Positions 12,569 through 25,207 of a stretch of DNA of 64,000 nt are shown one piece after another; within the stretch, counting starts at the first letter, position 1; each line of letters begins with the position of its first letter. Below the pieces are notes generated by a model that was given only the letters and a program-made list of their open reading frames with translations, searched no databases and was not told where the DNA came from. A program made the position numbers and the translations under genes. This stretch comes from Carcharhinus amblyrhynchos (Eukaryota). The stretch covers positions 66,712,001 to 66,776,000 of the forward strand of contig OZ336879.1 in NCBI GenBank assembly GCA_965287045.1, in the 5' to 3' direction.

Positions 12569-13535
12569 GGCAGCACAGTGGTTAGCACTGCTGCCTCAGG
12601 ACCAGGCACCTGGGTTCAATTCCTACCTTGGGTGACTGTCTGAGAGGAGCTTGCATGTTTTTTCCACTGCTGTGTGGGTTTCCTCCAGGTGCTCCAGTTT
12701 CCTCATACACTGGGATTAGATTGATCTTGCTAAACTGCCTCTTAGAGTCAGAGGGATTAGCAGGGTAAACACATGGGGGTACAGGGATAGGGCCTGGCTG
12801 AGATCTCTCCCTTAACGTCAACAAAATGAAGGAGTTTGTCATCGACTTCTACATTAATGGGGACAAAATAAAAATGGCCAAGAGCTTCAAGTTTTTAGGT
12901 GTCCAGATCACCAACAACCTGTCATGGTCTCCCCATGCCGACACTATAGTTAAGAGAGCTTACAAAAGGTCTCTACTTTCTCAGAAGACTAATGAAATTT
13001 GGCATGTCAGCTACAACTTCCACCAACTTTTACAGATGCACCATAGAAAGCATTCTACCTGGTTGTATCACAGCTTGGTATGGCTCCAGCTCTGCCAAGA
13101 CCACAAGAAACAACAAAAGGTTGTGAATGTAACCCAATCCATCACAACGCAAGCCAGCCTCCCATCCATTGACTCTGTCTACACTTCCCGCTGCCAGCAT
13201 AATGTGACATATTCTCTTCCACCTGCTTCTGTCGGGAAAAAGACACAAAAGACTGAGGTCCTGTACCAACCAACTCAAGATCAGTTTCTTCCCTGCTGCT
13301 TTCAAACCTTTGAATGGACCTAGTTCTCACTAAGTTGATCTTTCTCTACACCCTAGCTATGACTGTAATAGTACATTCTGCACTCTCTCGTTTCGTTCTC
13401 TATGAGCAGTATGCTTTCTCTATAGAGCGTGCAAGAAACAATACTTTTCACTACATACTATTACATAAAGAAGATTGTTGTCAGTACAGGTTTGATGGCT
13501 GAATGGCCTTCTCCTGCACTGTAAGGTTTCTGTGA
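12569..13535 (+). mobile_element. HE1-like SINE split by a Rex/Babar LINE fragment
   Basis: SINE runs 12569-12800 to gggatagggcctgg and resumes at about 13470 with gattgttgtcagtacagg...gaatggccttctcctgcactgtaagg. Confidence 0.8.
12803..13465 (+). mobile_element. Rex1/Babar-clade LINE 3' fragment
   Basis: LNVNKMKEFVIDF...FKFLGVQITNNLSWS (ORF 12826). Similar copies at 28199-29183 and 40475-41310. Confidence 0.8.
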
Positions 13536-13894
13536 ATTACCTCAGACAACTTGCCCCTCATATCGTTGCAGTTTCTTGTGTTTAGATTTAAGAGCCTGGT
13601 TTCGGTTTGAACGACATCACTTTCAAACTTAATGTAAAATTCTGTCATTTATTGGTCAGTCTTCCCTAAAGGCTCCTTTACAACAATATTATTAATGAGC
13701 CCTTTCTCATTACACAATACTACATCTAAAATAGCCCACTCACTAGTTGGTCCCTCAACAAATCCTTCTAGAAAACCACTTCATGTACATTTTGGGAATT
13801 CATCCACTGCAGCATTCTTGTTAATTGGCTGAAAATGCTGAAAATACTCGACAGGTCTGCCAGCAACTGTGGAAAAAGAAACAGAGGTTCACCC

Positions 13895-14880
13895 ACTCAT
13901 CAGTGGGCAGACCGAGCCAGTAAAATTGCACAAGAGCCGAGAAATCAGGTTCGGCTCTCAGCCTCTTACAGGCACCGGATATCCAGTGCAATCAGCCTCT
14001 TAGCCATTTCCAGCAAGAGGCTGAACAATTTATTTAATTATGTTTAAATGTTCATTAACATGTTATGAGCAAGCCCGGAATGCAATTGCCCAAGCTCAGC
14101 CTTTGTGATCTCGCTGGGAGAGGTTCTGTCCAGCGAGGAGAGCATTTACTCCCCAGCAACAGGGAACAGTCATGTTGCCCGTGTCGATAGAACTATAGGT
14201 CATTGAGACCTCCCCCACCCCACCGCCAGAGAGATTGAAGGAAAGCTGGAGGTGCCCTACCAATGCTGGCCTGGCATCTTGGCACTGCCAGCCTGACACC
14301 ATGGCACTGCTAGCCTGGTATCTTGGCAATGTCCACCGGGCAGTGCCAGGAGGCAGGACCTGAAGGGAATGGGACTTGAAGGGGATGGGGTCTATGGGGT
14401 GGGGCGACACCTATAAAGGTGGAGCCTTAATGGGCGGATCCAGGCTGGGCCAGGCCAATCAGGTGGAAGGGATCAGGGGCTGCTGCCACTCTGCAGTTGC
14501 AATCGGTGGGGAGGCAGAGGGGCTTACTGTCAATGGGCAGATGATCAGTGGCAGGAGGGAGGCCCACTGCGCCTCTACATGCAATCGGTGGGGGAGGAGA
14601 GGGGCCAGCAGGAGAGATATTTCCAGGCGGTGTGGAGCTCATGATTGGCCTCAGAGGTTTGCACATGTGCAGTGGCTCTCCCTGTTGCAAGAGCAAACTG
14701 TCTGGTGAATTAAGCCCCACCCACTTCCTCTAGAGACTGGAAACTGTCTAGCCCAATTTTTCATGCACTAAGCTCATAAGATTGGAAGCAAAGACACGCC
14801 CAAAAAACTGATCTGAAACTCTCCCATTTTCACTCGGGCTGGACACTTAGAATATTTCTCATAAAATTAAATTCTACCCA
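13895..14880. mobile_element. GC-rich non-autonomous DNA transposon (Harbinger MITE-like) within a Penelope-like short repeat
   Basis: Internal motif ctggcactg...ggcagtgccagg resembles the TIR-bounded element 55105-55967. Flanks 13830-13890 and 14885-14980 are mutually inverted Penelope-like ends. Confidence 0.45.
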
Positions 14881-15066
14881 GTATTTCAGGTCTGCAGCGT
14901 TTCATCTGAACTCAAGTGTGGACTCTGTTTCTCTCTCGGTCAATACTGCCTCACCTGCTGGTTATTATAGCATTTTTGAGCAAAATACTAAAGAAAACAA
15001 AAGGCAGTATTATCTTTATTGAGTCAATGAGCTGTCCTGATGCATCACGGGATTAGCTGTCTTCAT

Positions 15067-15370
15067 ACAATCCCTACAGTACAGAAGGAGGCCATTTGGC
15101 CCATCAAGTCTGCACTGACCACTATCCCACCCAGGCCCTATCCCTGTAACCCCAGGTATGTACCCTGCCTAATCTCCTGACAACAAGGGGCAATTTAGCA
15201 CGACCAACCAACCTAATTCGCACATCTTTGGACAGTGGGAGGAAACCAGAGCACCCGGATGAAACCCACACAGACACGAGAAGAAAGTGCAAACTCCACA
15301 CAGACAGTGACCCGAGGTTCGAATTGAGCCTGGCGCTGTGAGGTAGCAGTGCTAACCACTGTGCCATCCA
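15067..15370 (-). mobile_element. HE1/V-SINE-like element
   Basis: Near full-length reverse complement, ending gcagtgctaaccactgtgcca. Confidence 0.87.
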
Positions 15371-16543
15371 TGTTGTTTAAAACAAGAGTTTTCACAGGTG
15401 CAGGTGCAACTATTTATATATGCAGGAAGCATAGGCTAAGTTTCTAGTGATTAATTCAATTTGGGCCTGGAATCCCTTCAGTCTCCCTCTGTCTGGAGAG
15501 ATCAACGCACTCGAAGTTCTATGTGTATTTCTGTGCTGGATCAGCCACTTTACAGTGTTCTGCATGTACTGCAAGCCAGGAGAAAGACCTTCAGCTCCAA
15601 CAGACACTTATTGTGAAGTAATTATTCGGATATTAGGTCTGATAGAAACCAGGGTAACGCATTCATTGAAAAAAAAGCCAGAAAGCGCTGCAGGGGCTGA
15701 AAATCCTACTGGGATGATAGAAGTCACTGAGATTGAGGGTCAGATTAAGATGAATAAAATTCAGAAATAGAATTTCATTACATTACTTGCAGATCAGGAA
15801 TTTATAATACATGAAATTTTGCATGTCCCAGATGACAGTGTGGCTCAGATCTTCCTCTTGCATAGAGAGTACTTATTACACAGTTATCCAGTCTTTCTGT
15901 TCACAGAAGGTCACATGCTGCAGTACTCTGATCTGATTTAATTTCAGTTTGAAACCCACTTACTCATCCTGCACAGCGAATCCAACAATGACTTCTTGTG
16001 GAGGATTTTACCTGTGATTCCTTCTTCCTCAATTTCTGGTCTTTCTCTTCCAATGGTTTGTAAAGCCAGAGAATATTGGACTAACAATGGTTAGATATTG
16101 GAAATACAGTTGCTGTTGTCCTTAGCATACAGAATTGTCGGGCTGAACTCTATGATGCCAGTGGGGAGGTTGTGAGTGGCACATGGGACCACAATCAGCA
16201 GCGACCTGTAAAGTGGCTGCTGACTGGCCTGCTGTACCAATTAAATAGAGTCCATGGGAACTGCTGGCCAATCAGAGGGCCAGGAGTTCATCAGCCTCAG
16301 CAGCGCCATGCCTAGTGGTGGCCATTGTTGGAGTTGCACTGGAGGATGAGGGTGCATGAATGGATGGCATCCTCAAAGCCAGGTAAGTGTGGTCTGGCAT
16401 TGCCAAAGTCAGTCAGGCAGTCTCTGGCGAAAGGGGCTGGGGAATCACTGTGGGCAGGTGGTGCTGTTACCTCTGTGGGGAACCATTACCACCAGGGAGC
16501 CTTTCATGAGCCAAAATCTGTTCAAGAAGAAAAAGAGAGGTCA

Positions 16544-17440
16544 TAAAACCTTGACCTTAAAATATTCTTGCTGGGTTGAAAGAATACTGCAAGATGCAAT
16601 ACATTGATCTGCTGCTGAGATGCAACTTTTTTGCTTCAGAGGTTGTCTTCTTGGGACTGAGAAGGTTGTTTCAAATGTTTGACGGACACAAAACTGTGAG
16701 AGGTAAAGAGAATAGACAGGAGGAACCTGCATTCCTTGACAAACTAAGTGGCAGAAGGCCACCAGAAGCCGTCAGGAAGATGCCAGGGTTTACCTGGCAA
16801 GCCTCCTATTACTGGTGGTAAAATTCCAGAAGTGACTGGAAGAGGTCCTTAATTGGTCACGTAAGTGTCTCAATTGGGCTCCAGGTGGGCGTGCTGTCAG
16901 CCACTTTTTCACCACTGGCAAGGTGGCAGGATAGGGCCAAGACAATTGACATGTGCCATTTTACTAACTATCCCACCTACAACCATGATACAGCACAGAA
17001 GGGTACCATTTGGCCCATCTTGTCTAGCTGACCCAAAGACACCCAGGTATCCTTTCTAATCCCACCTCCCCGCACATGGTCTATTGCCGTGCAGCTTAAA
17101 GCATTTAAGGTGCAGATCCAGGTACTTTTAAACAAATTTAGGGCTCCAGCATCACTCAGGCTGTGAATTTCATACATCCACCGTCTTCTGCTTAAAACAG
17201 TTTTTCCTCATGTCCCCTCTAATCCTTCTGCCACTTAGTTTGCCAAGGAATGCAGTTTCCTCCTGTCTATTCTCTCTTTACCTCTCACAATTTTGTATAC
17301 CTCAAACATTTGAAACAACCTTCTCAGTCCCAAGAAGACAATCTCTGAAGTAAAAAAGCCACATCTCAGCAGCAGATCAATGTTTTACATCTTGCAGTAT
17401 TCTTTCAACTCAGCAGGGCTATTTTAAGGTCAAGATTTTA
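16544..17440. repeat. Inverted duplication, arms 16544-16758 and 17224-17440
   Basis: For example, tcttcttgggactgagaaggttgtttcaaatgtttga is the reverse complement of tcaaacatttgaaacaaccttctcagtcccaagaaga. The alignment continues over about 215 bp. Confidence 0.9.
16980..17345 (-). mobile_element. CR1 LINE 3' fragment
   Basis: Tail accatgatacagcacagaagggtaccatttggccc and ttttcctcatgtcccctctaatcctt. Confidence 0.7.
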
Positions 17441-18529
17441 CGATCCCTCCTGTCCGGCAGGATTTTTTGATCCCACCAAAGTAAATGGCAATTTAAATTG
17501 CCAACTTCACCAGCCAGTGGGGGTGTAGGGGTACACAAACTGTGGAAGGGCATCAAATTCTGACCTACGCGTCTGTCAAGCAGAAACTTGATTTCCTCAC
17601 TGAAGGAAAAAAAAATACTCCCCTGGGAATGAAAGATACGGTTTTCACTGTAGGAGATAACAGTAACTGTTTCCTGGTTGTCTTGTAAGTGCAGAACCTT
17701 TGATAAGACAAATGATGGCAAAGGGATGGAGCAAAGTACAAGAACAAGACAAGGCAAGAGGCCAAAATTCCTTGAGACCCAATCCCAGGAGTGCAATAGG
17801 GTGACACCCACTGTCTTTCTTCACTGAGGAGAGCAACAAATTAGTATGGCACAGGATGGTACAAATGTTCAGATCTCTTCACTCCCCTCCTGACTCTAGA
17901 GGTGTTCTCTTGGTATAGTTGGCAGGTCCTCAAGTTTTGATAAAGTTATTTACTTTCAGACGTTCTGCACTTACAAGACAACCAGGAAACATAAGGAAAC
18001 AGAGGAGATCCAGCACATGTTTTCCTGAGTTACCTTCAGTTTCCCACTGGAAGTTACAGCTGCAGACTGACGGAACCAAAGAGATTTTGAGGCGAACATT
18101 TCTAAGTCTGGGAACGATGGAATAGTTATAGTCAAAGTCACTGTTACCTCCTGTGGTGAAAACCATCCCCACGAGTGTATTTTTTCCCTTCAATAGGGAA
18201 ATCAGATTTGCTTGGGAGCTCCCTGGAAGCTGTTATTCACTCAGCTGATAATACATTGTGCTTAGAAAAGAATCCCCTACTGCATCAATCTATATTTTAA
18301 AACTCATTGCTGCAATTAGAATTGTCAACAAGACTCTCAATTTGTGCTGAATTATGAGTTCTTACTGCTTCTTCCTGATAAACTGCATTGAGATCTCAAG
18401 CGCTAATTTCTCAACTGATCTTAGCAACCAAGAAGAAACATTGGACTAAAAATTCTGTGGCGATTCTTCTGATCTCCTGTTATTTAGTTGAGAGGGAAGT
18501 GGGGCTCACCGTGAAATCACACCATTTTC

Positions 18530-19365
18530 AGCTCTTTATGCAGAAGACATGCAGATGGATATAGATAGATTGAATGAATGGATTCAAATCTGGCAGATGG
18601 AGTATAATGTGGGAAAGTGTGAGGTTGTTCACTTGGTAGGAAGAATAAGAAAGCAGAACATTACTTGGATGGACATCAACTGCAGAATTCCAAGGTGCAG
18701 AGAGACTCACATGTTCCCATGCATGTGTCAAGTATAGCATGTAATCAAGAAGACTAATGAGATGCTATCCTTTTATAATGAAAGGAATTGAACATAAGGG
18801 TAAGGATGTTATGCCTCAATTATACAAAGCACTGGTGAGGTTGCATCTCAAATACTCGCTGCAGTTTTGGTCTCCTTATTTAAGGAAGGATGCAAATGCA
18901 TTGGAGGCAGTTCAGAGAAGTTTTATTGATTGATACCTGGAATGAGTGGGTTTTCTTATGAGGATAAGTTGGACAAGTTGGGCTTAGTTTCACTGGAGTT
19001 TAGAAGAGTGAGGAGTGATACGATTGAAGTATATAAGATCCTGAATGGTCTTGACAAGGTGGACGTAGAAAGTCAAATCTTGGGGTGAGTCTGGAACTAG
19101 GGGCCACTGTTTTAAAATTTGGGATTGTCCTTTTACGACAGGGATGAGACAAAATTTTTTATCTCAAACTCTGCCTCAGAAAGCAATGGAAGCAGGGTCA
19201 CTGAATGTTTTTAAGGCAGAAGTAGATAGACTCTTGCTAGAAAGAATCAAATGCTATCAGGGAAGGACAGGAATGTACAACAACCAATTCAGCCATGATC
19301 TTGTTGAATGTCAGAACAGATTCAAGAGGCCAAATGAGCTACATATGCTCCTAATTCAGATGTTT
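18530..19365 (+). mobile_element. CR1 LINE 3' fragment (degenerate RT C-terminus and 3' UTR)
   Basis: MQMDIDRLNEWIQIWQMEYNVGKCEVVH (ORF 18549), followed by QFWSPYLRKD and FSLEFRR motifs. Confidence 0.88.
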
Positions 19366-20734
19366 GTATGCAGTATCTCTGGGGTTCCGCCAATCTCCCA
19401 CTAAAGTGAAGATTGGGAGAATCCCGAGGAAATTTCAAGGCTTTTCATTCTGCTACTTAGATTGAATTCAAAGCAAAGTAACTGTGTACTAACCCACTGC
19501 ATTACTCACATTCCTTCATGACATTTATTTTATTATTATTTATAGGCATCAAATGCAGAATTTTCAAAAGTTGTTTTGCACTGTGTTTCACTCAAACTCA
19601 AAATGTTCATGGGCAATAATGTTATATTTTACAATATCAGCATTTTAGCATGAATTTATAAGATGTGGACAAACATAAAAAAAAATCTTCTTTAATGACA
19701 CCAAACCTTCTGTAGCAGTTTGACAAGTTCCAATATAAAGAAGACACAGATTTTTCTCAGGAGGCGAGAAAGAAAAAATATAAACTCAGCTTCTTAGAGG
19801 AGCCACTGGTAATGCATAACTGTCAATTCAGAAATAAAACAATCAAATAACTGGCTGTACAGTCATCAGATGGTGACAGGACCTGTGTATCAGTAGAGAT
19901 TTATTTCAATAAAAGTCTTAGCTATTGAGTTAACATCACATCATTGCCTAACACCTGAGTTAGTATTTACCTGTATCCGTTCTGCTAACCAAACATCGGT
20001 CACAAGGTTCATGGGATCCCGTCAATGAGCAGAGATGCAGCAGAGTAGGAGCACTTCACATCTAAACCGAGGCCTTGTTCCCAATACAGGGGACTGGATC
20101 ACTTGAATGGTCAGAGTGGTACAAAACTGGTCAGCCTTCCAGCAATGATTGGCTGAAGACAGAATGTTGGCTTGATATAAGACCTCAGGGGTTATATCCT
20201 GAGTGACGATGTCAAATTGTCTTATCAGAACTGATCCTGTGGTTAGGTTCAGTCTTTCCAATGTGCATGCATAATGTTTTTAACCAGCTATTATAGAATT
20301 CCGCAATAAGTACTTTAATCTATTCCTTTCTGCTGCCATCGCAGCTTCAAAAATCAGTCCCAGGAAATGTGGAGAGAATGCGAAGAGTAGAATTGAAGCT
20401 ATAATGACATTGTTGAGAAGATCGTCATTACTGATGGAACAAATTACCACACCAAAATCAGTTCCATCACTTATTCAGATGCAGCTACTCCAGGATTCTG
20501 AAGGAGAAGCTGAAGAACTATTGGCCCACCTCTGACATGAAAATATTTTTAAAGTGGCTGACAGGGGGATTAGTCTGATTGTTTAGTGGGTAACTGTTGC
20601 TCAGCATTAGCACTGACATCTACAGGTCAGTAAAAGGCCAAGATCTGTACTGGAGCTGGATTTTTTGCAGACCACGGTTTGTTTGAGTGTAATTGAATGT
20701 ACGGGCAGGAAAAAACAGGTCTCCCTCTCATTAT

Positions 20735-21010
20735 GATTTAGGGCCTTTTACAACATCCCAGTGAAGTCCTTTGGAAGGTAATCACTGATGTAACATTGGG
20801 AAACACACCAACTCATCTGTACCTGGGAAGGTTTCACATTCAGCAATAAGATAAACATGGTATTGGTTGAGGAATAAACATTGGCCAATTCCACTGCTCT
20901 TCTTCAAATAATGCCACAGAATTTTTGACATTTACATGGAAATTTGGAGTGAGCACTGTTACCCGTTGAGTCAAGAGCCTTCGGCAGATCCAGTGCACAT
21001 TACACTGATA
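20735..21010 (-). mobile_element. Deu-domain SINE fragment
   Basis: ttggttgaggaataaacattggcca...ctgctcttcttcaaataatgccacagaatttttgacat is the reverse complement of the Deu core. Confidence 0.7.
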
Positions 21011-23551
21011 CATTCTTACCAAAAAAATGGCAAAGTGTCAGTATCTGACGGAAAACCAATGTGTTTCTCTCCAGAGGACAGGCCAATTTTCTCTCAAGAT
21101 TCTCTTCTCCCCACTCCCCCATCAAAGCCAGCATTTCTCCCACCCCACCCCTCCCTGACGATCAAAGCCAACTTCCCCTCCCACAATCTGCACCCCCATC
21201 AAAGACAGCATTACCCTCTCTCTCTCCCAAATCCTCACCCAGAGGGAAGAGTGTCAGAGCCCTTCCCTCTGCCAAACAACCATCACCAGCATCCACACCA
21301 TTTTCACATCCACCCCCTCCACTGCCACAAATAAATGAGTCCTCCTCCATGAGGCAGTGTCGGGAATGACCATGTCCCTCTCCCCGGAGGCTATACTTAC
21401 CTTCGCTCCCATAGGAGGGGGGTGGTGGGGAGCCCCATTCTCCCACAACAGGTTCACATCTGGGTGAACCTATTATAAACCTCACCAATATGTGAAAATA
21501 CAGCGAGTGGGTTTTGAATTATATTGAAGTGCACTATTATAGGCTTGACCCTGATTATGTTGCTGGCAAGGAGTGGCGAAAATTAGTAATTGCTAACTCG
21601 CTGGCGAGATTCATGATTTCCAGGTTTTGTTGGATCTTGAGCAGCCACCCCCCCCCCCCCCCCCCCACCACCCCCACTGCCCCCTCACCAATCTTGTGGA
21701 GAGCACAGACTCAAGATCACCCCCAATATGTTACAAAATCAATGGAGATCAGTTACTCAAACTCCCTGATATTAAAAGAAAGAATTACACTACAGGATCT
21801 CACGTTTAAACCAAAACATTTACTGCACAAGAGTTAAGCAACACAACTACTTGACACTTTATTTCATGCGCACTAACGCTTTGAACTTGCAAACCTCAAT
21901 ACAACACTCCCTGTTCTACTTTTAATCCAATAGTCCCCCTAACCTTTAAAAGATTTTGAGAGTTCTTTAACTTTCCATGAGACCAAACCAAGGCCTGCCA
22001 CAACTTTCAGGAATTGGATTCTTTCAGTATTTCCACAACGCTATTAGATATGAGATTCTTGGGGTCCTTCCAGTAGCATCCAGCAAGACAAACCTTCCAA
22101 CTCCCCTTCAATACTTAAAGATTTTAAAAAGTTCTTTCAAAGGATGTGGGTGCAGCCTAATTGCCCTTAAGGCATTGGTGATTAGCTGCCTTTTTGAACC
22201 ACTGCAATCCACATGTTGAAAGCATCACCGCAGTACAGTTAGAAGAGGAGTTGGAGGATTTTGACCCAGCGATAGTGAAAGAATGGCAATTATAATTCCA
22301 AGTCAGAATGGTGGATGGCTTTAAGGGCAACATCCAGGTGTTGGTGTTCCCATGCACTTTGTTACGATCTGGATAGGGACCATTAACATTTAAAGATGCA
22401 GGTCTATCTAACTGTAACTTACTTTGGCTACCTGCTCTCAGGGAGCTGCAAACTGCACCCACCAGTCCCAAGCTTCAACTACCACTTGGGTGGCTTTACA
22501 TCCCTTTATATCGCCTCAACTGGTTTCAGTCAGCCCAGCAATTTTGGTTTCCAGATTCTAGATTCAGTTTTTCTGTCCTAAGAAACAGGAAGATTCAGTT
22601 TCCTTTCTATGTTTGCCTCTTCTATTTCCATTTTCAGCTTCTGATTTCAGTTAGGTCATGCATTGTTTAAGTTTCCCACCTGCTGCTCTACAATTCTATC
22701 TCTTTACTCTAACCTTGTAAGTGTAATAACCTCCTAGCTTATTTGCATTGCATTCCCCATTTTCTACAGTTGAAACTTTAATTCTTAAAATAAGAAGTTA
22801 TATTCTAAAACTAAAAGGTATATTCTAAAGCACTTGAACCATGAACTAGATATTTGCAACTATCTGCTGCCCTTGTCCTTCTAGGTGGTAGAGCCTGTGG
22901 GTTTGGAAGATGCTGTCAAAGGAACTTTGGTGAGTTTCTATAGTGCATATTGTGGATGGTACATACCGCGGCCACTATGCGTCGGTGGTGAATGGGGTGC
23001 CAGTCAAACGGGGTGCTTTGTCTTGGATGTTGAAGAGCTTCTTGAGTGTTGGTAGATTTGCAGTCATTCAGGCAAATGGAAAGTCACACTCTGAACTTGT
23101 GCCTTGTAGCTGCTGGACAGGCTTTGAGGAGTCAGGAGGTGAGTTACTCTGACCTACTCTTGTAGCCACAGTATTTATATGGCTGGTCCTGTTCAATTGC
23201 TGATCAATAGCAACCCCCAGGATGTTGACAGTGGGAGATTCAATGATGGCAATGTCATTGAATGTCAGGATAACATGGCTAGATTCTCTTCTGTTAGAGG
23301 TGATTATTACCTGGCCTTGTAGTGTGAATGTTAGTTGCCACTTGTCAGCTCAAGCCAGAATGTTGTCCAGGTCTTGCTGCACATGGATAGACTGCTTCAG
23401 AATCTGAGAGGTTGTGAATGGCACTGAAGATTGTACCGTCATCATCAAACATTGCCATTTCTAACCTAATGGGAAGGTCATTGATGAAGCACCTGAAGAT
23501 AGTTGGACCTAGGACACTACCCTGAGGAATTCCTGCAGTGATGTACTGAAA

Positions 23552-23675
23552 GAAGTCTCACAACACCAGGTTAAAGCCCAACAGGTTTATTTGGTAGCAC
23601 AAGCCACAAGCTTTCGGAGTGCTGCTCCTTCATCAGGTGAGTGGGAGTTCTGTCCAACACCGGCATCTTCACATC
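23552..23675 (-). mobile_element. Short Penelope-like insertion with target-site duplication
   Basis: gaagtctcacaacaccaggttaaag...tcatcaggtgagtggg plus an oppositely oriented end tccaacaccggcatc. Flanked by gtgatgtactgaaa (23538-23551) and gtgatggactgaaa (23676-23689). Confidence 0.8.
23603..23640 (-). ncRNA. Minimal hammerhead ribozyme motif
   Basis: - strand reads ucac-CUGAUGA-A-GGAG(cagca)CUCC-GAAA-GCU-U-GUGG: catalytic boxes, stem II, palindromic AGCU stem III and CAC/GUG stem I. The cleavage triplet is the unfavourable CUU. Confidence 0.65.
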
Positions 23676-24562
23676 GTGATGGACTGAAACAGAAATGATT
23701 GATCTCCAACCACCACGACTATCTTCCTACCTTCCATTGGGCATGACTCTAGTCAGTGGAGAGTCTTCCACTGATTCCCATTGATTCCAGTTTTGTTAGG
23801 GCTCTTGATGCCACACTCAGTCAAATGCTGCCCTGATGTCAAAGGCAGTCACTCTCACCTTGCCTCGGGAGTCCAGTTCTTCTGACAATGTTTGGACCCA
23901 GGCAGTAATGAGGTCAGTAGCTCAGTGACCCTGGTGAAACCCAAACTGAGCATCAGTGAGCAGGTTATTGCATTGTAAGTGCCTTTGGATAGCAGTATCA
24001 ATGACGCCTTCCATCACTTTGACAAATTGTTGGTAGTTTTTGTGGACAAGACAAAGCTGGGCAATTTTCTATGTTGCCATGTAGATGTCATACAATCCTG
24101 GAACAGCTTGGCTTGGAGCACAGCTAGCTCTGGAGGACAAGAGTTCAGTATTACTGCTGGAATGTTGTCAGTGCCCACAGCCATTGCGGTATTCAGTTCC
24201 TTCAGCTATTTCTTGATATCATGTGAAGTGAACTGAATTGGCTGAAAACTGATATCTGTGATTCTGGGGATCTCAGGAAGAGGCTGGTTCCCTAATTAAA
24301 GCTTGGGCATCACTGCAATCTGGCTTATTGACTTCAAATGGCAAAACATCCTTGGGTTTGTGATAGCCTTCTGCTATTGGCTCCAGCTGCTCTGCATCGC
24401 CTGGCAAATCATTTCTCTGCCTTCTGTAAACCGCTCAAGATCTAGAGCTCAGCCTGCTTATGCCTATGAAAAATCACCCAGATAAAACGATTACCAAAAA
24501 TAAAATGCTCTTTTAATCTGTCCCCAAGGCAATGAGGGATGCCTGGGATGCCGGAGATAGAA

Positions 24563-24852
24563 TCGTAGAATCCTACAGTGCAGAAGAAGGCCATTCAGCC
24601 TATTGAGTCTGCACCAACTACGATCCCACCTAGGCCCTATCCCCATAACCCCATGCATTTACCCTAGTTAGTCCCTCTGACATTAAGGTGCAATTTAGCA
24701 TTGCTGATCCACTTAACCTGCAAATCTTTGGATTGGGGGAGGAAACCGGAGCACCTGGAGGAAACTCACACAGAGAAGAACATGCAAACTCTACACAGTG
24801 ACCCAAACTGGAATCGAACTCAGGTCCACAACACTGTGAGGCAGCAGTGCCA
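24563..24852 (-). mobile_element. HE1/V-SINE-like element
   Basis: Reverse complement of head, core and CR1-type tail. Confidence 0.85.
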
Positions 24853-25065
24853 CCCACTAATTTTGGACCAATTGTTTTCAATCCTCAAACATCCCCCTTT
24901 GTTCTGAGAAACCATATGAATAATTTAAACTGAGCCGGCTGTAGACATCCTACCTCCACCAAAAAGCTGTTTAGGTTCCAGTATTTTGAACTATGGCCTT
25001 GATAAACAGACATAGACCACCTTTTTATTTGCAATTATTCCAGGTTTGTTTACCATATTCTCAAA

Positions 25066-25207
25066 CCAGGGACGAGGTTCTCCAACCGCGTGACCCCAAG
25101 ACCAGAAATTCCCGCCTGAGCTCAACAGACCTTTAAATGGCCTATTGAATTTTCTGTCTTAGCTGCTATGATTCCTACAGCAAGCAAGACAGGAGAATTT
25201 CAACCCA
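25066..25207 (+). mobile_element. Short Harbinger-type MITE
   Basis: Similar to 56900-57083 and, in reverse, to 59975-60435. Ends ggagaatttcaaccc. Confidence 0.6.

Larger units (their letters stand above)
11640..13815 (-). mobile_element. Old fragmented CR1 LINE hosting SINE and Rex insertions
   Basis: CR1-like segments such as gccattcagtaagatcatag and ttttggaaatccaagta on both sides of the 12569-13535 insertion. Confidence 0.6.
22142..24290 (-). mobile_element. L2-type LINE fragment inside the LTR, itself interrupted at 22358-22860 and 23552-23675
   Basis: Colinear with the L2 copy at 48805-50960 (ttccaagtcagaatgg, gaaggtcattgatgaagc, gccacactcagtcaaatgctgcc). Confidence 0.78.

Noticed and set aside
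21647-21674. Poly-C tract and polyproline ORFs (21514..21837, 21627..21809)
   Set aside because: Simple homopolymer inside repeat-derived DNA; the proline runs are a compositional artefact.
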